A program made the position numbers and the translations under genes. Under the pieces are notes generated by a model, which searched no databases, was not told the DNA's origin, and saw only the letters and a list, made by a program, of their open reading frames with translations. Shown one piece after another: positions 1-19,949 of a stretch of 64,000 bases of DNA. The first letter of the stretch is position 1, and each line of letters opens with the position of its first letter. The stretch lies in assembly GCF_009914755.1 (NCBI RefSeq), contig NC_060936.1; one strand, written 5' to 3'. The stretch comes from the human T2T-CHM13v2.0 reference genome, Homo sapiens.

Positions 1-2117
1 TAAGGTTAATATTGTTATGTGTGAATTTGATCCTTTCATTATGATGTTAGCTTGTTATTTTGCTTGTTAGTTGATGCAGTTTCTTCCTAGTCTCGATGGT
101 CTTTACAATTAGGCATGTTTTTGCAGTGGCTGGTACCAGTTGTTCCTTTCCATGTTTATTGCTTCCTTCAGGAGCTCTTTTAGGGCAGGCCTGGTGGTGA
201 CAAAATCTCTCAGCATTTGCTTGTCTGTAAAGGATTTGATTTCTCCTTCACTTATGAAGCTTAGTTTGGCTGGATATGAAATTCTGGGTTGAAAATTCTT
301 TTCTTTAAGAATGTTGAATATTGGCCCCCACTCTCTTCTGGCTTGTAGAGTTTCTGCCGAGAGATCAGCTCTTAGTCTGATGGGCTTCCCGTTGTGGGTA
401 ACCCAACCTTTCTCTCTGGCTGCCCTTAACATTTTTTCCTTCATTTCAACTTTGGTGAATCTGACAATTATGTGTCTTGGAGTTGCTCTTCTCGAGGAGT
501 ATCTTTGTGGTGTTCTCTGTTAAATGTTGGCCTGCCTTGCTAGACTGGGGAGGTTCTCCTGGATAATATCCTGCAGAGTGTTTTCCAACTCGGTTCCGTT
601 CTCCCTGTCACTTTCAGGTACACCAATCAGACATAGATTTGGTCTTTTCACATAGTCCCATATTTCTTGGAGGCTTTGTTCATTTTTTTTTGTTATTTTT
701 TTTCTAAACTTCTCTCTTGCTTCATTTCATTCGTTTGATCTTCCATCACCAACACCGTTTTTTCCAGTTGATCGAATCGGCTACTGAGGCTTGTGCATTC
801 ATCACGCAGTTCTCATGCCCTTGTTTTCAGCTCCATCAGGTCCTTTAAGGACTTCTCTGCATTGGTTATTCTAGTTGGCCATTTGTCTAATTTTTTTTCA
901 AGGTTTTTAACTTCTTTGCCATGGGTTCGAACTTCCTCCTTTAGCTTGGAGTAGTTTGATCATCTGAAGCCTTCTTCTCTCAACTCGTCAAAGTCATTCT
1001 CCATCCAGCTTTGTTCCCTTGCTGGTGAGGAGCTGCGTTCCTTTAGAGTAGGAGAGACGCTCTGATTTTTAGAGTTTCCAGTTTTTCTGCTCCGTTTTTT
1101 CCCCATCTTTGTGGTTTTATCTACCTTTGGTCTTTGATGATGGTGACATACATATGGGGTTTTGGTGTGGATGTCCTTTCTGTTTGTTAGTTTTCCTTCT
1201 AACAGTCAGGACCCTCAGCTGCAGGTCTGTTGGAGTATGCTGGAGGTCCACTCCAGACCCTGTTTGCCTGGGTATCAGCAGGGGAGGCTGCAGAACAGCA
1301 GATATTGGTGAGAAGCAAATGTTGCTGCCTTATTGTTCCTCTGGAAGTTTTTTCTCAGAGGAGTACCTGGCCCTGTGTGGTGTCAGTCTGCCCCTACTGG
1401 GGGGTGCATCCCAGTTAGGCTACTCGGGCGTCAGGGACCCACTTGAGGGCGCAGTCTGTCCATTCTGAGATCTCCAGCTGCGTGCTGGGAGAACTACTAC
1501 TCTCTTCAAAGCTGTCAGACAGGGACATTTAAGTGTGCAGAGGATTCTGCTGCCTTTTGTTTGTCTATGCCCTGCCCCCAGAGGTGGAGTCTACAGAGGC
1601 AGGCAGGCCTCCTTGAGCTGCGGTGGGCTCCACCCAGTTGGAGCTTCCTGGCTGCTTTGTTTACCTACTTAAGCCTCCGCCGTGGTGGGCGCCCCTCCCA
1701 GCCTGGCTGCCGCCTTGCAGTTTGTTCTCAGACTGCTGTGCTAGCTATGAGTGAGGCTCCATGGGTGTAGGACCCTCTGAGCCAGGTGTGGGGTATAATT
1801 TCCTGTTGTGCTGTTTGCTAAGACTGTTGGAAAAGCACAGTATTAGGGTGGGAGTGACCCGATTTTTCAGGTGCCGTCTGTCACCCCTTTCTTTGACTAG
1901 GAGAGGGAATTCCCTGATCCCTTGCGCTTCCCAAGTGAGGCGATGCCTTGTCCTGCTTAGGCTCACTCTGGATGCTGCCCCCACTGTCCTGCATGCACTT
2001 TCCGACACTCCCCAGTGAGATGAACCCGGTACCTCAGTTGGAAATGCAGAAATCACCTGTCTTCTGTGTAGCTCACGCTGGGAGCTGTAGACTGGAGCTG
2101 TTCCTATTTGGCCATCT
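1..2117 (-). mobile_element. L1PA (about PA4-PA6) 5'UTR, ORF1 and ORF2 start; continues off the left edge
   Basis: ORF1 C-terminus MKEKMLRAAREK...YQPLQKHA (109-444); 5'UTR ends in the reverse complement of AGATGGCCAAATAGGAACAGCTCC; retains the ~128-bp 5'UTR segment; ORF1 disrupted. Confidence 0.93.
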
Positions 2118-2120
2118 GAG

Positions 2121-2423
<303 letters not shown>

Positions 2424-5225
2424 TGTCTTTGACTTTTGACTGTTTGACTATAATGTGGTGGGAGATAAGACCTTTTTGGGTTGTATTTCTTTTGGGATCC
2501 TTTAGTTATCTGGATATCTAAATTGCTTGCTAGTCTTGAGAAGTTTTCAGCTATTATTTTATCAAATAGGTTTTCTATACCATTAAACTTTTCTTCACCT
2601 TTCGGGATACTCAACATTTGAATATTTTGTCACTTTATGGTGTGTCATATGTCACGTCTTTCTACATTTCTTCTTCTTTTTTTTTTTTTAAATTCATCTG
2701 ACTGGGTTATTTTGAAAGACCTATCTTTAAGTTCTGAAACTCTTCTGTTTGATCTAATCTATTGATGCTCCTGATTGTATTTTTCATTTCATTCATTGAC
2801 TTTTTCATTTCCAGGACTTCTTTTTTGTGATATCTCTCTTTGTGAATTTCTCATTTATATTCTAAATTGTTTTGCTGATTTCTTTGTATTTTCTATCTGT
2901 GTTCTTTGTTATCTCACTGAGCTTCTTTTATATCATGATTTCAAATTCTTTTTCAGGTATTTCATAAATTTCTTTTTTGTTAGAATCTGTTGTTGGAGAA
3001 TTAATGTGTTCTTTTGAAGGTGCCATATTTCCTTGCTTTTTCATGTTTGTGTTCTTTCATTGATATATGAGCACCAGGTGTAATAGTTTCTTCTTCTGAT
3101 GTTTTGGATTGGCTTTCACAGGGGAAGACTTTTTCCTATAGGTGTATCCATAAAGTTGGTTGGGTAGGACACTTGGATTTTGATTCTGGATACATGCAGT
3201 AGTGTAGTCTCTGTATAATTTCTTTAACTGTACACACTGTCAGTGGTGTCTGATTTCCTCATTGACTTAGGCCACAAAATTGTTAGAGGAGGCTATGGTG
3301 AGATTTTTCTGGGGATGGGATGCCAGGTGGGCCAGTCTTTGGGCCCCAATTGCATGCTGAGTGTGCCTGTTCTTGGATTTCTAGACAGCATGTTTAGGTG
3401 CTGGCATTGACAGATCCAGGTGGGCCAATTCTTGATCCTCCTGGCAGCTTGCTCAGGTTCTGGTTGTGGTAGTGGCAGACCAGGTGGGTGGGTAAGTCCT
3501 TGGGCCCCTATACAGTGTATGTGGTGTGGGTGATGATAGTCATGGTGGTGGGACGGACAACCCTCAGGTTTCCAGGTGGCATTTGTTGGTGATAGTGGTA
3601 GCTTTGACAGGTTGGCCTGGCTAGTCCCTAGGCCCCTGGGTGGTGTGTGTGTGTGGGTGCTGGCAGTGGTGGTAGCAGCAGGCTGGTGAAGCCCATCCTC
3701 AAGCTCTGGGAAGGAATGTGCAGATGCCAGCTGTGGTGGATGGATGGGGAGATCTCCAGGCCTCTGGATGGGTAGATTGCACACTGGTGGCAGGTTTTCT
3801 GGGTCTGTTGTTAGACTCAGGTGGTGTGCACATGTACCTGGGGCAACTGATGGAGTAAGATGATCCCCAGACCCCCAGGAGGTATGCTTGGGCAGTGGGG
3901 GCTAGTGCTAGGTGAGGCAGGCCTCTTCTTAAGTCCTTACAGTGGTGTACATGGGCACAGGCTATGGTGGGTGGGGCAGGACAAGCGCCAGGACTCTGGA
4001 AGGCATACAAGTGGCACTGGTGGTGGCAGGTGGTGTGGGGCTGTTATTAAGCCACCTGGTGGTGTATGTGTGTGCATCAGGGGTGGCTGATGGGGCAAGA
4101 GAATTCCTGGGGCCTCAAGCATCATGCTTGGACTTGGCAGATGCAGGGGTGTGTGGAAGGGATGGTGCCAGGCTGGGTGGGCCTGTTCTCAGGGCCCCTG
4201 ATGGTGCATGGGTGTAGGCTGTAGTGAACAGGGCAGGCTGGTCCCCGGTGTTTGAGCAGTGTGCCTGGGTAGCAGTGGCAGCAGAGGCAGTGGGTGGGGA
4301 AAGCCTGTCCTCAGGGGCATGCAAGTGTGAGGTGGCTCTGCTGCTAGGGGGAGGCAGTTTCTATCTTTGGTAGCTGCCTGAGACAGGCAGATTTCAGGCT
4401 CTGGGTAGAGCATGCTTTGAGAATTGGCAGTGGCAGTTGACGGGGAGAACCTATCTTCAGCGCATGCACAAGTTTGTGGCCACCCTGTCACTGGGGGCAG
4501 CTATAAGTGATAGCAGTCCCAGGCCGGCAGGCTTCTGTCTCTGGGGAGCACATGCTGTGGCACCCTTTGTACCAGGGGCAGTCTTCCTGGTGTGCTACAC
4601 CACCTTTTCCCTAGTGTGCAGGACACTGTGGGCTAGAGTACTGGGGGGCTCTGCTGATCCACAGGGTCCAACTGGTGTCTTACTGCAGCACCCATCTAGA
4701 TGGACATGGGAAAATGTCAGTGGGGCTCCAGGGATATGTAGATGCAAGGGTTTTTTGGGCCCTGGGGCAGGATACCATCTGTTGGGGCCTGGGCTATCAA
4801 ATGATGCCCTGAAGGAGCTGCTTCAGATTTGGGGTTTGTTGGGACCTGGCATTAACTCCCTTACTGGAGCAGTGCCACCTCAGGGACTTTGGGGACCTTC
4901 CCATTCCATTCTCAGAGCCCATGAGGGTTGAGGGACTCCAATGTGGCCAGGATTATAGGAGTCTGTGATGAGAATGTGGACTGCTGGGGATCTCTCATTT
5001 AACCTTTTCCCACACTGGGGAGCTTCTCCTGGCTCTGCTATTGTAGGGAGGCTAGGCCATCTGCCTAGCCTCCCTCTCCTTCTGTGCCCCAGGTGTTTCC
5101 TGTCACTTCTATGTTGAATTCCAGTGTGTTCTCTTTCATTTTCTCTTTGAAGTGTAACTATCTACTGACTACTTTGATTCTTTGTGGAAAAGTGTCCTAT
5201 GCCTCTAGTCAGCCATCTTGAAACT
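2424..5225 (-). mobile_element. Old L1M(A) 5'UTR and ORF1 remnant
   Basis: ORF1-like peptide GIENLFDKIIAENFSRLASNLDIQI; long G-rich degenerate 5'UTR; ends in the reverse complement of CAAGATGGCTGACTAG. Confidence 0.75.
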
Positions 5226-6304
5226 ATCCTCCAGTTTTTAAATTTTATTAGTTAGTAGAGTCGGTCTGGCCCCTGTTATTTCATTTTAGTCAGATGGAGA
5301 TCCTGAAATTCATTCTTCAGGAAATTCATTCAGGAGTCAGACTGCTGTTTTCCAAGGCAAAATGTCAGTTTTACTTTTGTGCTCGGAACATTTATTTCAA
5401 TGATTTCTTATTGCTCTTTTCAAAAGCAAGGCTCTGCATAATCTGGGCCCTTTTGTACTTTATAGCCCTAGGTCATAAGTTTTCTTTCACTGATTCTATT
5501 CCAGCTTTACCCCTCTTCTGTTTCTCAAACATGCTGCAAATTTTGCATTTCTACTGATTATGCAGTTTGCCTATTCCTGTTTTCATGTATCTAACCATTC
5601 TGTATCTTTAATGTATTTATCACTTCCTTACTCTAGTGACTTTCCTGACCAAACTATCTGAAACACGACCTCCAACACAAGGCATCCCATCATGTGATCT
5701 GGTAGTATTTGTAATTATCTTTTATATTTATTTACTTCTCTATTTCTTATCCACTGTATTTGTTAGTGGTTCATTGTCTTTTATTTGTCTATTATCATCC
5801 TTCACTAGACTATAACCTCTGTTGTCTCCCTACTACATAGTGGACACATTAAATATTTGTTGAATACACATAAAAGGCTTATTTAGATAATGAATGTTTT
5901 TATTAAAATTTTAGTCCATAATTTTTAATGAATTTTATATTTATCTATAGGAAAACATAAATTGTTTAACAAGTTGGACTTACTTGTCTTAATTCTTTTC
6001 AGTTTTTTAGGATAATTGCTCTCTGTCATCTCTAGAAGTAAGAATCCTTTCCAACTTTAGTTCCCAAATCAGATGCCATCTGCCTTAATTTTTCTCAAGC
6101 AGAAGAATCTCTTCTTTCTTCTGTTTGCTGTTTTAGCATTTGACTGTAGGATAATACCTGTCACTTTGTAATTTTTTTCTTCCTCTTTTATACTGTAAAT
6201 TTCTTGTTGGCAATAACTACTCTACATTTCTGTATTGTCCACATCTCTTAGAGAGTGATTCCACTGAGTCAGATGCTTAAAATACCTTTTAAAAATCATG
6301 ATTT

Positions 6305-13412
<7,108 letters not shown>

Positions 13413-14543
13413 AGATTTACATTTATAGTGTGCTTAATATCTTATAAAGTGCATTTACCTCTATTTTATGTAGAGTAACAGATATTTTCCTCATGTTAAT
13501 GGTGTATATTAGTGCATACTATATACTGTGTCTTTTGGTATAGCAAAATAACATCATTCTGTCTAAAACACCAATAAGGCCCTCATTGAGAAACAACGTA
13601 GGATCATGAGCTGTGAACATTCATGGGTAAAACATTAATCTCTCTCTTTAACAACAAGCTGAGCTCTTTTATCTCTCTATTGCCAATATATGGCCTAGTA
13701 CCTGGAACAGAGTAGGTGATCATCAAATATTTGATAAATAATTTAAAAATAGTTATTAGAGTTTTAGCAATCTGTGTTTTTTTTTCCTAATTTTTTTGAT
13801 AACTCCAACCTCTGGAACAACTCACTTCCAAATAAATTTGTAGTCACTGACAATAAAATAAGAAACATCTTGATTTGTAATTATTTTCCACTATATCTTT
13901 GATTCTTGTGCACAAATTGGACTTAACCTAGAATTATTATTTCTGCATTAGAATAGAACTTACAAGTTATCTAACTCATCTAATTAGTTTTTATCTAATT
14001 CACCTTATCTCTTGGTTTTATTATGTATATACACATTTGTATTTATATTGCTCTTCCTTGGGAACTTTATAATTGTTTTTATATCCATATTAGGTTGAAA
14101 AATATGTTATAATGGTCTCATAACTATTTGATTTTATGTTTTAACACTGGTGATAAATTTTCTCTGCACAGCCTTCAAAACATCTTTCTCTGGTTAAATG
14201 GAACAGCAATGGCATATAGTGGTTGTCTAGTTTATTCTTTAGATTTTATTATAGAAAATATACTATAGGTTGGTCATGTTTTAATTAAACCTCATGCTAA
14301 CATTTCATGTTGTAATAAAAAACTGGCCGTAGATTATTTTCTTACTCAATAAGTCGTTAGAAGACCACATTAGACAAATTTTCACCCAAAGCAATATTAT
14401 TTATTTAAATATAAAAAATAAAAACATAGTCTAGGTAAATGTTAGTAGCAACTCAATATGTCCTCTAAGAATTGAAAGTAAGAGTTTCTAAATGCAAATA
14501 ATCCATGCTTTTCTTGCTAAATATGTTTTTGTTTATCCCAAAG

Positions 14544-15073
14544 TCTAGGAAATAGGAATTTACTTACTAAAAGCCCTGCTGTAATTATGGATGAAGATTG
14601 TAGAAGCACGGATGAAATAAGACAGTCAGACTACATTACTGAAAAACACTCAATACAGCATATTTGGGGGAAAAATGGAAAGGAAGTTTCAAATTTTCTT
14701 GAAGATGTGAACCAGTCTACTCCTAACCTTCTATCAGAGAATTGTGACTCTTTTGTTAGTCAAAATATGATCAATGTATTAAACATAGATGAGCAAAGGA
14801 TAAAGAAAACATTTAACAAGTGTGATTATGATAGTATGGGAGATACTTGTGTAGTCACTAGTTCTGATAAAAACCATGTCACTGACAGATGCATTAGAAA
14901 CATTTTTACAGTTCCAGAGTTGACTTTTAGTAATTCGACTTTGAATAAAACAAGTTATCCAGAAAAATGTCAGCCAAACAAGAAGTATCAGAGAGAGTAT
15001 AACAAAAATGAAAGAAATGATCTTAGTACATCTTTTGAGAACGATTACTACCCAAGCAGCTCTGAAAGAAAAG
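14544..15073 (+). CDS. REDIC1: REDIC1/C12orf40 internal coding exon (530 nt, phase 2 to 1)
   Basis: Acceptor tttatcccaaAG; frame (S)LGNRNLLTKSPAVIMDEDCRSTDEIRQ...YYPSSSERK, overlapping ORF 14587-15099; donor G|GTTGGT at 15074. Matches recalled C12orf40 protein. Confidence 0.93.
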
Positions 15074-15347
15074 GTTGGTATTGTACATGGAAAATGTAAT
15101 TACATATTCTTTTTTTCTTTCAGTTTTAGTATATATATTTGTATATTCATACACACACGTCTATATATTTGTATGTGTGTTTATGTGTTTGGAGGAAAAT
15201 GAAACCAAAAATAGAATGGCTTCCTATTATATAACATTGTGGACCAGTGGTTTTCCTCTGTACGTGTCATGTGAATATGCTTTGAATTAAAAAATGAAAA
15301 TAGACTATGCTAAATTTTTAACTCGGTGCATACTTTTATTTTTTAAG

Positions 15348-15417
15348 AAAAATTTGAAAATGATTACCAAGAGAAGACACCACAGAAAAGTATTCAGAAA
15401 TATCCAGCAAACTCTAT
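15348..15417 (+). CDS. REDIC1: REDIC1 coding exon (70 nt)
   Basis: Acceptor cttttattttttaAG; (E)KFENDYQEKTPQKSIQKYPANS(M); donor GTAAGT at 15418; in phase with neighbouring exons. Confidence 0.92.
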
Positions 15418-16557
15418 GTAAGTTTTTAGGTAAATCTGGGGAATACAAATCAGGATCTAGTATGATGCATGATGAATGTTGAATTGATGCAAAGTGAGGT
15501 AGGCGTATTGCCATTTGAGGGTGGGCAGGCAACCTGGTCTCAAAGGAGCCTTACCAGGAGTCACAGTGTTGATAATATCACCCCAGTTGAGAGTGTGGTG
15601 CTCATATTTGCCAGCTCCCAAATACCTTCTTATCTGAATATTAGTGTTGATTAGATTTGAGGAAATTGATTTAATGTGTTCAAGAAACTCATATCCGCCA
15701 GAATGTCAATTTATTAACTTAAAGTAATAAATAGAAAGGGAACATGTATAGGAAGTCTTATTGACATGAAAAAGCATATTTTCTTACTTTCAAACAGCTC
15801 TCAGTGGGAAGGTTGCTTGCTTGGTTGGTATAGAATCACTATAGGGAGTGATAGAATTCAGATGTTAGTGGCATAAGCAAGCATATCAGCAGTTTATAGG
15901 ACAGTGTACATTTTAGGGATAGAGCACTCTTCTCATTGCCAACATTTACCTCTCAGAGACTCCATGTTTTCTCTATGTTCAAGATTACAATCTCCTCTAC
16001 CCATACATTGAAAACAATTATGTTTCACCAGATTTTTCTTTCTCTTCTTGCAGCTGGTGTACAAAATGTTCTGAGTTTAAGGTGATTTTTACACTCATCC
16101 ATTATGTGTTGATGTTAAATTTATTCCTTAAAAGTTTGAGAACTGCCTTCCAGGCTTTTCTGAATAATGACCTGCAATTATAAGTAACTAAAGAAAACTT
16201 TATTTTAGCTAGTAGTTTCTAGCTAAAATAGTCCTAACTTTCTTGGTAATAGTCCTAACTTTCTTGGTAATAATTACAATTTAGCCAAATCTTTCTGGTT
16301 GGAAATCATGAACTAGAATAAATTTTTATTCTGGAAGTGATTTCTTGTGGAATTATTAAAAATATTGATTGATAAAAAGATGCAATTTTAGTGGGATTGG
16401 CACTACAAATTAATTAAAACATAGACTTACAAAACATTTCATAAAATTGGCAAATTTGTATTTTTGTTGTTATATCTCCCAATATCTAGAAATTTATGAG
16501 TGAAAAAATCATGTTAGGCCTTGAGTTTTAAATGTACCTTATGAAAGCAATTTAGAA

Positions 16558-16734
16558 CATGGTTCCCAATCCTGACTGCAGGTCCAGATTACTTGAGGTA
16601 GTGATTTTAAACTATAGAATACCAAGATTGACCCGCACATAATAGGTGGGCTCCTTGGCATGGAGCTTATGAATCTTTATTTTTAAGAAAGCTTCCCATA
16701 TAATTCTGATCTGAAGCCAAGTTTGGGAACTCTA
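16558..16734. mobile_element. MER5-family hAT-Charlie MITE
   Basis: Imperfect terminal inverted repeats catggttcccaa...ttgggaactcta with 8-bp TSD ATTTAGAA (16550-16557 and 16735-16742). Confidence 0.75.
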
Positions 16735-16799
16735 ATTTAGAACAATAATTCCCAGAGGGAACACAACAAACTTTGATACTGTGTATTTATAATCCTTAG

Positions 16800-16860
16800 G
16801 GGAAATATACCTTCGGAAGAATTGCACTCTAAGCAGTCATGGGACTTTGGACTTGATGAG
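16800..16860 (+). CDS. REDIC1: REDIC1 coding exon (61 nt)
   Basis: Acceptor aatccttAG; (M)GNIPSEELHSKQSWDFGLDE; donor GTAAAG at 16861. Confidence 0.9.
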
Positions 16861-17129
16861 GTAAAGCACAGTCTCACATTATCTTCTCAATTAAGTCAGT
16901 TTGTATTACCATATCACATTACTGTATTTAACGTTCACTTTGATTTAAGCTTAACATTTATTCATTAATTTTTATTGGATGGACTCTTTTTCTTATACTT
17001 TTTTATTCTGAGGAAATTATAGCTTAGATCTAGAAATAAAAACACGTTTTCAGAGACTGTTAACATGTTTTATTTGAGACAAAATCTTGAGGACATTTTA
17101 AACACATTTTTTAAGTATTACAAAACTTC

Positions 17130-19628
17130 TGTATTAGTTGATTCTTGCATTGCTATAAAGAAATACCTAAGACTGGGTAATTTATAAAGAAAAGAGGTTT
17201 GGTTGGCTCATGGTTCTGCAGGCTGTACAGGAAGCATGATGCTGGCATCTGATTGGTTTCGGGCAGGCCTCAGGAAACTTCTAATTATGGCAGAAGGCAA
17301 AGGGGGAGCAAGGAGTCTCACATGGCAGGAGCAGGAGCAAGAGAGAGTGAGTAGGGAGGTGCCACAGACTTTTAAATGACCAGATCACAGGAGAACAAAC
17401 TCACTATCATGAGGACAACACCAAGAGGGATGGTGCTAAACCACTCAGGAGAAACCACTGCCCTGCTATGATCCAGTCACCTCCCACCAAGCCCCACCTC
17501 CAACACTCAGGATTATAATTTGACATGAGATTTGGCAGGGACATAGATCCAAACCATATCTTTCCACCCCCAGCCCCCCAAATCTCATGTCCTTCCCATA
17601 TTGCAAAATACAATCATGCATTTCCAGCAGTTCTCCAAAGTCTTAACTCACTCCAGCATTAACTCAAAAGTTCAAAGTTTCACCTGATACAAGGCAAGTC
17701 TCTTCCATCTATGAGCCTGTAAAATCAAAAATAAGGTAGTTACTTCCAAGATTCAATGGCGGTACAAGCATTGGGTAAATATTTACATTCCAAAAGGGAG
17801 AAATAGGCCAAAAGAAAGGGGCTACAGGCCCCATGCTAGTCTGAAACCCAACAGGGCAGTCACAAATCTTAAAGCTCCAAAATAATCTCCCTTGACTCTA
17901 TATCTCACATCCAGACACACTGGTGTAAGAGGTGGATTCCAAAAGCCTTGGGCAGCCCTGCCTCTGTGGTTTTGCAAGGTTCAGCCCCTGTGGCTGCTTT
18001 CATGGGCTGGGGCTGAGTGCCTGTGGCTTTTCCAGGAGCTAGGTGCAAGCTGTTGGTGTATCTACCATTCTGGGGTCTGAAGGATGGCGGTCTTCTTCTC
18101 ATGGCTCCACTAGGCAGTGCCCCATTGGAGACTCTCTGTGGGGGCTCCAATTCCACATTGCCTCTCCACTCTGCCCTAGTAGAGGTTATCCATGATAGTT
18201 CCACCTGTGTAACAGACTTCTGCCTGAACATCTAGGCTTTTGCATACATCCTTTGAAATCTAGGTGGAGTCTCTCAAGGCTTAACTTTTACACTCTGTGC
18301 ACCCACAGGCTTAACACCACATGGAAGCCATCAAGGCTTACAGTTTGCATCCTCTGAAGCAGCAGACTGAGCTGTACATGGGCCCCTTTGAGCCATGGCT
18401 GGAGCTGGAGTGACTGGGATACAGGGAGCAGTGTTCTGAGGCTGCACAGAGCAGCAGGGCCCTGAGCCTGGCCCAGGAAACCATTCTTCCATCCTAGGCC
18501 TTCAGGCATGTGATAGGAGGGGCTGTCATGAAGTTCTGTGAAATGCCATTGAGACCTATTCCCCATTGCCTTGGCTATTAGCACTTAGCTCGTTTTTTAC
18601 TTATGCAAATTTCTGCAGCCTGCTTGAATTCCTTCCCGGAAAATGGGCTTTTATTTTCTACCACATGGCCAGGCTGCAAATTTTCCAAACTTTTATGCTC
18701 TGCTTCTGTTTTAAATATAAGTTCCAGTTTTATATCATTTCTTTGCTCACACATATGAACATAGGTGGTTCTTATGAAGCAGCTGGTCCATATCTTCAAT
18801 GCTTTGCTGCTTAGAAATTTCTTCTGCCAGATATCCTAAATTAATCACCTTCAAGTTCAGAGTTCCACAGATCCCTAGGGCAGGGGCACAGTGCTGCCAA
18901 GTTCTTTGCTAACACATAACAAAAGTGACCTTTGCTACAGATCCCAATAAGTTCCTCATTTGTATCTGAGACCTCCTCAGCCTCAACTTCACTATCAATA
19001 TCACTACCAGCATTTTCAGCCTTTTTTGTTATAACCATTCCACCGCCAGTCTTTACGAAGTTCCAGACTTTCCCTTATCTTGTGTTCTTCTGAGCCTGCC
19101 ACACTCTTCCAATTTCTGCCCATTACCAAGTTCCAAAATTCCTTCCACATTTTCAGGTATCTTTATATCAAAATTCCGCTCCTGGCACCAATTTTCTGTA
19201 TTAGTCTGTTCTCACATTGCTATAAAAAATACTTGAGACTGGGTAATTTATAAAGAAAATAGATTAATTGGCTCACGGTTTCACATGCTGTATAGGAAGC
19301 AGGATTCTGGGGAAGAATTGGCTTCTGGGGAAGCCTCAGGAAATTAGAATTATGGTGGAAGGTGAAGCAGGTGTGTGGCATCTCAAACAGCAAAGGCAGG
19401 AGCAAGAGAGAGTGAGGTGGGAGGTGCCACACACTTTTAACCAACCAGATCTCATGACAGCAAACTTCACTATTGTAAGGGCAGTACCAAGGGGGATGGT
19501 GCGAAACCATTCAGGAGAAACTACTTCCCATGATTCAGTCACCTGCCACCAGGCCCCATCTCCAACACTGGGGATTATAATTCAACATGAGATTTGCCGG
19601 GGGGTACCCAAAGATCCAAACCATATCA
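17130..19628 (-). mobile_element. Complete MaLR element (MSTA LTR-internal-LTR)
   Basis: Two ~430-bp LTRs (17130-17560, 19197-19628; tgtattag...ccaaaccatatc) flanking THE1/MST-type internal sequence. Confidence 0.88.
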
Positions 19629-19949
19629 TCTTTCAACATGAAAATGCTTTAGGTTTCAATGTGCTACATAATTTTATATTTGCCATACTATTGAAATATC
19701 TATAAACACTGCTTATGTAATGTTATAATCCCTTGCCATCATAAGGGTGTGATTTTTACAACAGTGCTAGGAAGTTTATGTAGTTTATTTCTAATCTACA
19801 GGAGCCTGAGTTGCTAAAGTCTTCACAGCAAAAGAGACTGAAATGTAAAGAGATTAGATAACTTGTTTGAGGTCACACTCTCAAGCCAAGATTCAAACTG
19901 TCTGTCTTATCTGACTTGATATTTTCAGCTATACTGTTTTCCCTTTTTT

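Noticed and set aside
3293-4931. Pro/His- and Gly-rich ORFs of 100-164 aa
   Set aside because: They lie in the G-rich degenerate 5'UTR of an old L1, with no splice or homology support.
5230-6300. Additional upstream REDIC1 exon in unique sequence (also 13420-14540)
   Set aside because: No open segment with splice sites matching the recalled upstream protein was found; earlier exons probably lie left of the window, though a minor exon cannot be excluded.
14587-15099. Standalone 170-aa gene (likewise 52681-53094)
   Set aside because: Both are exons of one spliced gene with in-phase splice sites.
17125-19633. TSD for the MSTA element
   Set aside because: Flanks ACTTC and TCTTT match at only 3 of 5 positions, so it is not claimed.
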